In this document: positions 27,226-39,800 of the stretch, piece after piece
Numbering within the stretch: the stretch's first letter is position 1
How the letters are laid out: each line of letters opens with the position of its first letter
Origin: Macrostomum lignano
Lineage: Eukaryota
Direction of reading: 5' to 3'
Assembly: GCA_002269645.1 (NCBI GenBank)
Contig: NIVC01000815.1
Location: forward strand, 299,902-363,901
Length of the DNA: 64,000 bases
Made by a program: the position numbers and the translations under genes
The notes under the pieces: model-generated
Told to the model about the DNA's origin: nothing
The model's database searches: none
Seen by the model: the letters and a program-made list of their open reading frames with translations, nothing else

Positions 27226-30138
27226 TCAACGCTGCGACCCGGTTTTGATGTAGGAGATCGTGGTTGGCAGGTGCAGCTCTTCGAATGTGCACAGGAATGC
27301 GTCTGCGCTCTGCGGAATTAATGAGATTTCTTGTTTGGGTCTTCTGATCCTACAGAACACGATCGAGCCACATGCATTACTCTAGCTGTCCTTAAATTGC
27401 CTGTAGTACCTTTAAAACACATGCAGGTATTTTTACTTAAGCTCCACTTAGGTAAAAATACCTGCATGTATAAGTGTCCTATACAGGAGAGGGGCAGTGG
27501 CGCTCCACCTCTCAGGACAGGAGAGAGACAGTGGCGCTCCACCTCACAGGACAGGAGGGGGCAGTGGCGCTCCACCGCACAGGACAGTAGAGGGGCAGTG
27601 GCGCTCCACCTCTCAGGACAGGAGAGAGACAGTGACGCTCCACCTCACAGGACAGGAGAGGGGCAGTGGCGCTCCAAATCAACAGGACAGTAGAGGGACA
27701 GTGGCGCTCCACCTCACAGGACAGTAGAGGGGCAGTGGCGCTCCACCTCACAGGACAGTAGAGGGCCAGTGGCGCTCCACCTCACAGGACAGGAGAGGGG
27801 CAGTGGCGCTCCACCTCACAGGACAGGAGAGGGGCAGTGGCGCTCCAAATCAACAGGACAGTAGAGGGACAGTGGCGCTCCACCTCACAGGACAGTAGAG
27901 GGGCAGTGGCGCTCCACCTCACAGGACAGTAGAGGGCCAGTGGCGCTCCACCTCACAGGACAGGAGAGGGGCAGTGGCGCTCCACCTCACAGGACAGGAG
28001 AGGGGCAGTGGCGCTCCACCTCACAGGACAGGAGAGGGACAGTGGCGATCCACCTCACAGGACAGGAGAGGGGCAGTGGCGCTCCACCTCACAGGACAGT
28101 AGAGGGACAGTGGCGCTCCACCTCACAGGACAGTAGAGAGGCAGTGGCGCTCCACCTCACAGGACGGGAGAGAGGCAGTGGCGCTCCACCTCACAGGACA
28201 GGAGAGGGGCAGTGGCGCTCCATCATGCACTATGGTTAAAACTGTCGCCTGGTTTCTGCTCACCTTCTCGTCTGGCAGGCAGGGTCCCAGCGCCTGCAAC
28301 AGCAGCGGTTCCTCTGCCACCATGGCCTTGAATTGGGCATAGTCAATGACTCCCTTCTTCTGCGTGTCCTGCAGTAAGGGTTGTTTGGCCAGTGCTAAAC
28401 TATAATAGTACATCTTTATTGGCGCGTAGGCTGTAGTCGCTAGCTTGTACTTACGAATTTTTTGAAGACAATTTCTACTAGATCGCGGACACCCTCGTCC
28501 GGGTCCTCCTCAACGGGTTGCTAAAATTTTGTGGCAAGTTGAATGGATATTATATACAATTCTGGTGACCTCTTTGACCTTTGACCTGGAGTTCAATTAC
28601 TAGCCAATTATCGTTTTCAGACATTAGTGCTTGCGTACTTTTAGACGACAATTAAACTTTATTATCTCATACTTTTGGAGTGAAAGTCGAAGCTTTAATT
28701 CGCCTATTAAAAAGTACACGTCTTTAACAATAGTACAAATACGACTGCGTGCATAAAAAAGTACAAGTGGAGGTGCCTATAGCCCAAACACACACAACAG
28801 TTTAGATTATCATTACAATCCAAAAAGCTTTTTAAGACTGTCAAACCAACCGACCTTAATAAGGGTGGCCTTCAACAGCTGGAAAATCTCCTCGCGGCTG
28901 ATCACTCCATTCGAGTTCAAATCGTAGGCGCGGAAGGCGACTAAAATGTTTTGTAGTTTTTATTAATACAATCGCAAAAGTTGAAAAAATTAACTAATTA
29001 ACTCCTTACACTGCGTCTTCTCGTCTAGGGTGCCCCTCAGAAAGGTGGACATTCCCTTCAGCCACTCCTCTTGGCTGATGCTGGAGTCAAAGTCGGTGTC
29101 GAATGCCCGAAAAACTGGTTGAAAAAAAACAGTTAATAATTGAAAGTGCTTAATTTGTTTGACAATGAATATTTAGACAAAATATCGAGCCCGATCGACC
29201 AGCCTCACCGTGGTCAATCATCATAGCGTCGGTCATGCCGAACGAACAGTGCAGGATGTCCTTAAACTTGCTCCTATCCAGCTTCACATCATCAGCTCCA
29301 GCCAGCTCCCGATACATATGCAGCAGATGCTCGCATTCCTTTTTAGTAACTTGGGTTGGAGGCGGAAATGACAGGTATTTAATTATTCAATTATTTATTA
29401 TTTAGGTAAAATTAAATATATATATTAAGATAATTTACAATCAAATTCGTACTGTGATTTTAAGTACAATATGTACAGCAGCAGCAGTTTTATAATACTT
29501 GAATTAATAAATAAATAAATTCATTAATTTGAATACCAAGAATATAAAGAAATGAATAGACAGCTACTATATACTAAACACTAAAATGATATATTAATAA
29601 ACTTAATTGATAAAAATCTGGTTTTAAAATAAAGATCAAAATATTTCTAGACTTTTTTAATAGTGAGCAATGAAAAGCAATATTTTTTGTGAAATTGTGA
29701 ATTACTTACTTCAGGGTTCTTGATAACTAAGAAATCTAGTTTCATAGGCTAATTCTTTCGCTTAGTTTAAAGGTTGTTAAACAAATATTAACCGGTTCAT
29801 ATTTAACTGACTGCTCTATTGTTGCTGTCATTTTTATTTAATTTGCTGTGCGAATGCGAATCTAATTATACGTTTTACTGAGTGAATGGTAAATTATTAC
29901 TGCATAGGTAATCATAACATACAAGAAATATTAAGGTAATTGAGATAAAAATTATACGTGTTAACAGTGCTTCTGGAAAAGTACGAGTATACTACGTTTT
30001 CGAAAGCATAACTATAGAAATAACTGACTTACAGGCCCTACTTGTAATATGACTAGTGCAAAGGTAACACTTACAATTCGTTTGCTTGTGCAAAGACTCA
30101 GCTAACTTTGAGATAGCTGTCTTAGCTGAAACGTCCAT
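27226..30138 (-). CDS. EFCAB1: EF-hand calcium-binding domain protein 1 (calaxin), 7 exons, 216 aa
   Basis: Exons (minus) 30138-30075, 29349-29209, 29114-29010, 28940-28855, 28520-28455, 28368-28264 and 27309-27226; 651 nt in frame with GT-AG introns. Protein [31 protein letters not shown]...[34 protein letters not shown]...FLRGTLDEK...[13 protein letters not shown]...[17 protein letters not shown]...[15 protein letters not shown] matches the EFCAB1/calaxin family. Confidence 0.93.
27490..28222. repeat. 34-bp tandem array (cagtggcgctccacctcacaggacaggagagggg) in last EFCAB1 intron
   Basis: About 21 copies. Confidence 0.95.
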
Positions 30139-32487
30139 GCTGATATGCAATACAATAATTGGCTCAAGACTCAAGAGGAATTCAGAAAATCATAAAATTG
30201 TGAAATTTTGACATGTTAAAAAAATATTTGTATTGATCCTAGCGACCTGCAATTAGATTTCACAAGTTTAAACAAAATCTGGTAAATAAAATTAGTTTTA
30301 TCACAATTATGTATCCCTAATGTTTAGAAAACAATAATAACTCAACAGTAAAAGATTTAAAGTGGAAAATGATTAAAATGAAATGATTATTTTCGAGCTT
30401 TAGTTATCTTTCGTCTTCAATACCGACAGGGGCTCGATGCGATAAAGATTCGCTTCACTTCATGCTCAATATCTTCAAAGTTTCCTATTAATATTCATAT
30501 ATATAATGATAAAATTAATGGAATAAAATTAATTATAATTAAAATAAAACAATTATAAAATTAATGAAATATATTCACGGATTTTGTGATCCTTGCAACA
30601 TGCGTGGGCAAATAATCGCTAGTGTGTTATGTACAAGTACATAATATGCGCTTGTACAAGTACATGTATGTAGCACGTAGTGTATACGTGTAAAACGGCC
30701 AATTGCACAGAACTTACTTCGCAAACGCAACCTTTTTCACATGTAACCCGGTTCAAACAAAAGTAATTGTGACCCAAAAAAACGACTCGTATTGTTATTT
30801 GTTAACACATTATTTGAAACAACGCTGAAGCTCGATCAGCTCACGGTCGATTTGAATAACTAAGAGTACTATGGTTTTGAGTGTATTAGTGGATGGGTTT
30901 AATACATGGGCCTTATTGTCATAATCTTTTCTTGAGTGCGAGTCAGCTACATTCTGTTGTACTTCGCGGTCAAATATACATGTAAAAGCAAGTTCTATAC
31001 CCAACAACATAGTAGTGTACTACATGTAATTTAAAGGAATTTAAAGGCTATCTCCAACATCTTTTTCTGAAAGAAATGAGCATTCACTGTCTTCATTTTG
31101 ACTGCATGTAGCATGCATATGTATATATGCAGTTTCTTTTTGGGACACCGCTACATGTACATGTACGAGCTAGATATGTATGTAATTGTTATGGTGCATA
31201 CAGTATAAAATGCTGCCTTTGTCGGGCAAGTGGGAACAGTGAAAAAGCACGACTTATTTATCATACAGTTTTCCCACCCTGTTTAGTTGTTAGGTCTATC
31301 GAATATTCAAGCTGTCCAATGCGATGAAACACTAATAACTCGTAGTATACACTTTTTCCCTTGCTTTTACTATACTGAAATTAGAATAAAACTCGCGACT
31401 AATTTTGAGCAGGATTAATTTGTCTCAATTTTCGTTCGTTCTGTTGCAAATGCAAGCTACTCAACACGTGCCGTTTTCCCTGAGCAAGTCGGCTTATTCT
31501 GCATATTCTAAATTGTTAGAAGTGCAAAATTACTGTCTGCATAGTGAACACTGATACTAGAATACTATCTTTATTAGATAGGCCACATCTTTAGTTCATT
31601 TCATAACTTTATTCGGGCGTAGCTGCAGTTTACAGTTATACAGTAACAATTTTGAATTTATTTTAATCATCCATGCGCTCAATAAAAAAAGATATATAAG
31701 AAATAACGCTTTCCCAATTCTGGAAAGATTTGCTTTTTGAGCAATAAAAACTTTAGAGTCAAGACTTAGTAAACCCACTTGAGTTCGCGATTCATTTTAT
31801 ATTATTTCCAAAACGGCACGAGAAGAGCGGGATGGGGAAGCACAATAATGGAAATCCTAAATGTGCGTACAAGATACGTAAATAATGGGAAGAGCCAGCG
31901 AGCCTGCATATAGGAAGAATGATGCAATATTTGACCATAAAATAAATAGTACCAGCAACATGTAATTAAAAATAACAATAATAGCTACACTACACAAGTA
32001 ATTATTGTCGTTTTCATTGCCAGTCAAGAGAGAGGGGAGAAGAGAGAGGGGAGAAGAGAGAGAGGCGGGTAAAGAGAGGGGGAGAAGAGAGGGGAAACGG
32101 GAGAAGACAGCTGAGGAGACAAGGAAAACTTTAAGCGGATGGGAGTCATGCCGACCCCTGCTGTAATGCATACTATGGAGTATTAGGATTTGCATCTATT
32201 CATTTTTTCGGCAAAATTGAACGTTAGTTTTAATACACCCTTACCGAAACAAAATTGTTTTGTTGCAAGCAAATTTATTATAAATTACATGCAAAAAATA
32301 GAAGATTTGAACTTCTCACCAAATGCTTGTTCAGAGCTTAAATAATTAACTAACAGGGTTTCATTCAGTTTTTTCTGAGAGATCAAGCAACACTTGCAGT
32401 CTGAGAGCGTTTTGCATTCAAGGGTGCATTGCCCAGCTGTTAGAAAGGGGGGCATTTTTAAAATCATTTTTAGTATATAGGACTAGC

Positions 32488-32807
32488 CAGTAGCCAGGAA
32501 TTTCAATTGGGGAAAGGCGGGTTGGCCTGGCTGGCCATGCCTTATGCCATTCCCACTTTTGGCGCCGCAGGCACTCATTTTGACGCCGCAGGTACTCATT
32601 TTGACGCCGCAGGCACTCATTTTAGCGCCACAGGCACTCATTTTGGCGCCACAGGCACTCATTTTAGCGCCGCACGCACTCATTTTGGCGCCGCAGGCAC
32701 TCAATTGCCTCATGGTTGGTTTTTGGTACCCACCGCGCCCAACCCCCCAAGGCGATTGGGGGGGGGGGCTGCGCCCCCCCCCCCCCGGCCCCCTGGCTAC
32801 GCCACTG
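32488..32807. mobile_element. hAT-like MITE with internal 21-bp minisatellite
   Basis: Perfect TSD ggactagc at 32480-32487 and 32808-32815; right TIR cctggctacgccactg, left TIR cagtagccagg (internally deleted); ~7x ttttggcgccgcaggcactca. Confidence 0.8.
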
Positions 32808-33807
32808 GGACTAGCAATCAGCGCCCCCCGCTGGGAAGCAAAAAAAATTGAATTAACTACTCGTCTCGTGTTTTAGTATCCTAACTAAAGAAACTAATGG
32901 TTTAAGCAACAAAGCATCAGTCTTGAAAGCCGGCTATCTGGCCCAAGATATCAGCATCCCCTGTGAGCTTTGGCATCAAAGCCTCCATTTGACCCATGGC
33001 TTAACTTAACCCTCCCTTTGATCGATCAGCAACCGATCTCAGCAACCCCCATGAGCCACAATATTTCAGCAACCACCCTTGACATCTCAGCAATTCTCCC
33101 CGAGTCATAGAATTTCAGCAATCCCCCCCCCCCCGAGCCTGACATCTCAGCGATTCCACCATGACATGAGCATTGTCATATCAGCAACTCCACCCGTGAG
33201 CCCTGATACCTCATATCTCATATCTCAGAAAGAAACACATCTGATATACTTGTTAGAAGCTTAAATGTGCTGTCGAGAATTCTATATCTATTCGAATTCT
33301 AATCGTTAATCGGCGTGTATGACGAAATATTAAATTTATATATATATACTGTATAGTCGCGAGAGGGGTTTAAAACACATGGCGCAGTGAAATTAAGCAT
33401 CTAAAAAATCAAAGCCACTAACATATTAGCACTGTTCAGGTCCAATTACGACTGTAAATTGCTGCAGTATTCGCAAAAAAATAATATGGGAAAAGAAAAA
33501 TGGCAACGCGAGAAATAAAAATCGCATCGAGAAAAAGTTTTTTAACCGAGTTCACAAAGTATTGTGTTTAACAAACAAAACAAATGAATACCTAAGCCTT
33601 TACCAAAATTTGCACAGATTAATCAGTAGTAACCAAAATACACTAATAACCGTTACGATTTTGTTATTTCATCATTGTTAGCCAGATTAAGGACCATATC
33701 TGAAAGGAAAAATAGGTGAACATTTTTTTAAAGTTGAAAGCAAGGTTTTGTTAGCAAAAAGCTGTTGGAGCTATTTGTCTGGTAAGCTCTATGAAATCGA
33801 TGTAGCG

Positions 33808-36800
33808 CTAAGCTAGTGCAATAATCAACAGGTGCAAAAAGACCAACCTGGGCCCACTGGGAGGCGGAAATCTGCCACCCATAAACGGATCCGTATAAAA
33901 CGACGACGGAGGCCGTGGTCCGAAAAATGCAGGATGCACCGGCGGTCCCAGGCCTCGACCAGGGATCGGTGGTGGATGCTGCTGGAAGCTCCATTGCTGC
34001 GGCTGCATCCGTGGCGCCGGTCTGCGACGTAGCGGCATCTCCTGCGGAGCTCCGGGCATGGAGATGAGCATTGAGTCGAGCTTGCAGCCGCACTGCCCGA
34101 CAGTCAAGCTAGAGTCGCCGCGGCAAAACGCTTCCTCGAGCTTTTCGTTGAGGCCGGGCTCTGGAAGAATCTCAACGGAGCTCCAGGCGCCGTGGCTGCC
34201 AAGGAAGAACCAGCGCCAGTTGGTGGCGAGGGGCCGGTGGAGGCTGGCGCGGCTCTCCGTGCGGAGGCAGCGGAGGCCGCCGGGAGGCTTCAGGTGTCCC
34301 GAGACCGACCGAATCTCGAATCTATCGGCCGAACCGGCAACGAACGACAGCGTCAGCTGACCGGGGAACTCGGAGCCGAGCTCGCCGCTGCCGACCGTCA
34401 CTAAGTCGGAGCGGTCGGGCTGGCAGAAGGCCGCCTCCAGCTGCTCGTTCAGCGCGGCGTCCACGTCCTGCCAGCGGCTCGGCGGCCAGTGGGCGGCCTG
34501 CCACTGCCACAGATAAGGGACCTTGTGAGGGCAGTGCCGCCGAGGACAATTCTGGGAGAAGCATTCGTGCCGGAGGAACTCCTCGCACAGGGTTTCCTCG
34601 CTAGGAGCGGCACGAGGCGCCTTTGGATTGACGGCGGCTGAGACAACGGGCGGCTTTTGCTGCGCTTTTGGGCTGCTGCCGAGTTTCAACTTTGCAATGT
34701 TTGGCACACTGCCTGCGGACAGCTTGCTTTGGCGCTTGCTTTGCAAGTCAGCCTTCTGCTGCTGTTCTGTCGATTGCTGATGACCTCCGAATTGGTGCTT
34801 GCTCGACTGGTGCAGCCCAATTGGCGGCCTGTTTGTACGAATGCCAGAGCGATCCAATTTAATTCAAGTGCACGTCGTTGAGAGAAAAGGGGTGGCGCCC
34901 CAGCCCCAACCAGGCCGATAAACATTTTCCGGCCTCCCTCTTACTGCTTTCTCATTGGCTGAGCTAGATTGGGCCTGTCCTCTAGGCTCTTTCCTTACTG
35001 CTCTCTCATTGGCTGAGCTAAATTGGCCCTGCCCACTAAGCTGAGTTTCGTTTGTCTAACTGTGACCTCTCTCCTTACTGCTCTCTCATTGGCTGAGCTA
35101 GATTAGGCCTGCCCTCTAGGCTGAGTTTCGTCTGCCTTGGGTTCACTTGTGTAAATCGAATTAGTTGTCTGTTCATTCTTCACCCCCATATGCTCCCGAG
35201 GACGCAAACCCCGAGAAAAGAAATTTTAAATGCCACAATAAACTCCAATAACACTTCGCCCAGACTAACTCATGTAAAAAGAATATACGATCTACTTTTT
35301 CACAACAAAAATATAGTGTCTGCCGTGTTAACTAATTAAGTCTTTCACAATTAGGGAGCCTTTAAAAAAAGTTTTTTGAGTCGATCAGTGCGCCCAAACA
35401 AAGATGGCAGTTTGAAGGACTGGTAAAAAACAATCTTACCTAGGACCATGTTGCGGCTGTGGCATAAGCGGCGCAACATTTGACGATTGCTGTGGAGCAT
35501 TGCTTCTAGGAGGCTGATTAACGTTAGCAAAAGCAGCGGGTACTGGATTCGAATTGGTGTTGGGCAGCGGGTCACTGGATAAATCGGAAGCAACAGAATG
35601 AGTCTTCTGCTTTTTATTTTTCTGATGCTGCTGCTCCTGCGGTTGCGGCTTTAAGCCGACGCCTTGAGCGGCATTAATATTTAATAGGCTGGGCACTTCT
35701 GGCTTGGCCTTTTTGCCCTTGGCCTGCTCGGAAGGGGCCAAATCCTTTGGTTTCGATAACTCTTGCTGAGAGGCCACGGCTGGAGGCTCGGGTTTTTCGT
35801 TTGGGTTGGTGTTGGGCAGCGGGGCGGGAATCAAGAAAGACCTGAGCACGTGACCAGGCTCCATCTTGTCCATGTCGAAGGGGAACAGCTTCATCTTGGT
35901 CTGCTCATCCATGCTCAGCACGTGCTGCCTGCGGCAGCGGCACTTGCCGCACTGCTTGAACTTGACGTTGTTGCACAGGTGAATGTCGGCACAGTCAGCT
36001 TGTTGACAGCCGGATTCTGAGTTGTAGGCTGAGCACACCTTCGGGTGGCTGGCCAGCAGCAGATTGAGCACCTCCCGCTGTTTCAGGCCGTCTGCGATGC
36101 CCAAGGCGCTGCGAATTCGGTGGTTGCGGCCGCTGAGGTCGTGGCAGAGCCTGCAGTCCGCCTGAGGAATGCGGAAGGGCATTGGGGCATTTTTAATGAG
36201 GGACTTTGAGCTGTGGGATTCTGAGCTGTGGGATTCTGAGCAGTGGGGCTGTGAGCTGTGGGATTCTGAGCAGTGGGGCTGTGAGCTGTGGGATTCTGAG
36301 CAGTGGGATTCTGAGCAGTGGGGCTGTGAGCTGTGGGATTCTGAGCAGTGGGGCTGTGAGCAGTGGGATTCTGAGCAGTGGGATTCTGAGCTGTGGGATA
36401 CTGAGCTGTGGGATTCTGAGCTGTAGGATTCTGAGCTGTGGGATACTGAGCTGTGGGATTCTGAGCTGTGGGATTCTGAGCTGTGGGATTCTGAGCTGTG
36501 GGGCTGTGAGCAGTGGGATTCTGAGCTGTGGGATTCTGAGCAGTGGGATTCTGAGCTGTGGGATACTGAACTGTGGGATTCTGAGCTGTGGGATTCTGAG
36601 CTGTGGGATTCTGAGCTGAGTAATTAACTTCAAGTTGCAGACTCAGTTGTGGGATGAGACTGATTGCAGGAAGGGGATATTGATCAAATCAAATTGCACA
36701 AGTCAAACGCATCTCCCCACCTTATCATGCACTTTGCCGTCGGGGTCGGCCAGAAACCACAGGCACAGGTGCAGCTGGCAGCAGTCCGCATTCTGGCAGG

Positions 36801-39800
36801 ACTTCGGTGCCCCGTTGTGCATCGGGCAGATGCGGAAGCGGCGAAACACATTCACGCTGACCGCCTGTCCGCTCACAGCATCCTTGTAGATGTCAATCAT
36901 GCTCTGCAGCGGCTTCATCAACTCGTCGATGCTGTCCCGCCACTGCTCCAGCGGGAAGTCGCTCGGCAGGTTCAGGTCGGCCAGCAGCTCCGACGGTGCG
37001 GCTCGGCCGCTGCGGCGAATCAGCGCGGCGTAGGCGGTGCGAAGGCCGAGGCCGAGGGCCGACACGTCGGGCAGCGGGGTCGGCAGGCTCGGGGCGGGCG
37101 CAGGGGCGGACGCAGGGGCGGGTCCGGGGACACCGGCCATGGCAGGCAGGGAGTTCCGCAGCGCAGCGGGCACCAGGAAGGATCTGGCGAGGAAGTTCAG
37201 GTTGCTGTCGTCCAGGCCGAACCTGGCCAGCTTGACCGCCGTCTCCGGGTCCTTGGCGGCGGGCTCCAGGACGTGCCGCCTGTGACACGGGCACAGCTGC
37301 TTAGCCAGCTTGTTTTCCCTGTGCAGCGCATTGTTGCAAATGTGAATGTCGGGGCAGCGGGCATCGGAACACCCGCTGTCTGTGTTGTACTTGGCGCACA
37401 CAGCCGGGTGGCTCGCACGCAGCAGCTCGAGGACCTTCTGGCTGCCGACTGCGCCGAGGCCAATGCGGGCAAGTAGCTGCGGGCGGGTGAATGATTAGAT
37501 GATGGCTGTGATGACGAGTACAGCTGAAGCTGCAGGTGACTGATTGGATGATGGCTGTGATGACAAGCAGGTGAATGATTGGATGATGGCTGTGATGACG
37601 AGTACAGCTGAAGCTGCAGGTGACTGATTGGATGATGGCTGTGATTACGAGTACAGCTGAAGCTGCAGGTGACTGATTGGATGATGGCTGTGATGACGAG
37701 TACAGCTCAAGCTGCAGGTGACTGATTGGATGATGGCTGTGATGACGAGTACAGCTGGAGCTGCAGGTGACTGATTGGATGATGGCTGTGATGACAAGCA
37801 GGTGACTGATTGGATGGCTGTGATGACAAGCAGATGACTGATTGGATGGCTGTGATGACAAGCAGGTGAATGATTGGATGGCTGTGATGATAAGTACAGC
37901 TGAAGCTGCAGGTGACTGATTGGATGATGGCTGTGATGACGAGTACAGCTGGAGCTGCAGGTGACTGATTGGATGATGGCTGTGATGACAAGCAGGTGAA
38001 TGATTGGATGGCTGTGATGACAAGCAGGTGACTGATTGGATGGCTGTGATGACAAGCAGATGACTGATTGGATGGCTGTGATGACAAGCAGGTGAATGAT
38101 TGGATGGATGGCAGGTGACTGGATGATGGCTGTGATGACAAGCAGGTGAATGATTAGATGGCTGTGTTGACAAGCAGGTGAATGATTGGATGGCTGTGAT
38201 GACAAGCAGGTGACTGATTGGATGATGGCTGTGATGACGAGTACAGCTGGAGCTGCAGGTGACTGGATGATGGCTGTGATGACAAGCAGGTGAATGATTA
38301 GATGGCTGTGTTGACAAGCAGGTGAATGATTGGATGGCTGTGATGACAAGCAGGTGACTGATTGGATGATGGCTGTGATGACGAGTACAGCTGGAGCTGC
38401 AGGTGACTGGATGATGGCTGTGATGACAAGCAGGTGAATGATTGGATGGCTGTGATGACAAGCAGGTGAATGATTGGATGATGGCTGTGATGACAAGCAG
38501 GTGAATGATTGGATGGCTGTGATGATGAGCACAGCTGGATCTGCAGGTGATAGTGGGAAATCGCGATGACAGCACAAAACAGCAATTACTGACAGCATGA
38601 AGCAGCACAAAACAGCAATTACTGACAGCATGAAGCAGCACAAAACAGCAATTACTGACAGCACAAAACAGCAATTACTGACAGCATGAAGCAGCACAAA
38701 ACAGCAATTACTGACAGCACAAAACAGCAATTACTGACAGCACAAAACAGCAATTACTGACAGCATGAAACAGCAATTACTGACAGCACAAAACAGCAAT
38801 TACTGACAGCACAAAACAGCAATTACTGACAGCATGAAGCAGCACAAAACAGCAATTACTGACAGCACAAAACAGCAATTACTGACAGCACAAAACAGCA
38901 ATTACTGACAGCATGAAGCAGCACAAAACAGCAGTTACTGACAGCACAAAACAGCAATTACTGACAGCACAAAACAGCAATTACTGACAGCATGAAGCAG
39001 CACAAAACATCAGTTACTGACAGCATGAAGCAGCACAAAACAGCAATTACTGACAGCACAAAACAGCAATTACTGACAGCATGAAGCAGCACAAAAGATC
39101 AGTTACTGACAGCATGAAGCAGCACAAAACAGCAATTACTGACAGCACAAAACAGCAATTACTGACAGCACAAAACAGCAATTACTGACAGCATGAAGCA
39201 GCACAAAACATCAGTTACTGACAGCACAAAACAGCAGTTTACAGACCTCCTTATTGCGCGCATCCCCCAGTCCGTGAACCAGACCGCACTGTCCATTGTG
39301 CACCCTTCCATCTGGGTCGCCCAGCCACCACAGACAGAAGTGCAGCCGCTTGCACTTCGGATTCGTGCAGCTGTCCTTGGCGCCATTGTAGAACTGGCAA
39401 ATTCGAACACAAGGATAAGCATTGAGCCGCCCCTCACACAGAATGAGCTTCCCGCCTGGCTGATCTGACAGCCACTGATCCAGTGGGAAATTTGATTCCA
39501 ATGCGAATCTCTTCAGGAATTCTGGCACCGTGGCGCTGCCGCCTGCAGTCAGCAGGAAGTTCAACACATTGTCCAGCGTCAGCAATGGCGCTGACTGAAT
39601 GTGCCGAAACACATGGTCAAAGTTCAGAGCGTCCTTGTATGGGTCCTGCTTCTCTGGCCCAGCCTGTTAGTAAGGAAAACAAAGCTTTCAGTGACTATAG
39701 GGAGGCTTTTTACTGACTATAGGGGAGCTTTCACTGACTATAGGGGAGCTTTGACTGACTATAGGGGAGCTTTGACTGACTATAGGGGAGCTTTGACTGA

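Larger units (their letters stand above)
33995..39655 (-). repeat. Left arm of large inverted segmental duplication (partner ~56792-63811)
   Basis: Exons and intron satellites recur in reverse complement at 56.8-63.8 kb; translated segments differ by only a few residues. Confidence 0.95.

Noticed and set aside
29436-29745. Alternative EFCAB1 start ([12 protein letters not shown]|gtaagt plus a 13-nt micro-exon)
   Set aside because: The 30138-30075 exon gives a family-like N-terminus in the correct phase without needing a micro-exon.
30380-31010. Short minus-strand open frames upstream of EFCAB1
   Set aside because: No recognisable homology or consistent splice chain.
36664-37476. Antisense ORFs over GC-rich exons (also 58387-59166, 61164-61748, 9571-10275)
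   Set aside because: Shadow frames of real exons with GC3-biased codons.
37301-38730. 457-aa and 361-aa minus-strand ORFs, and equivalents at 57973-58684
   Set aside because: Satellite-derived extensions; only the part from the 37476/58405 acceptor is ZnF coding.
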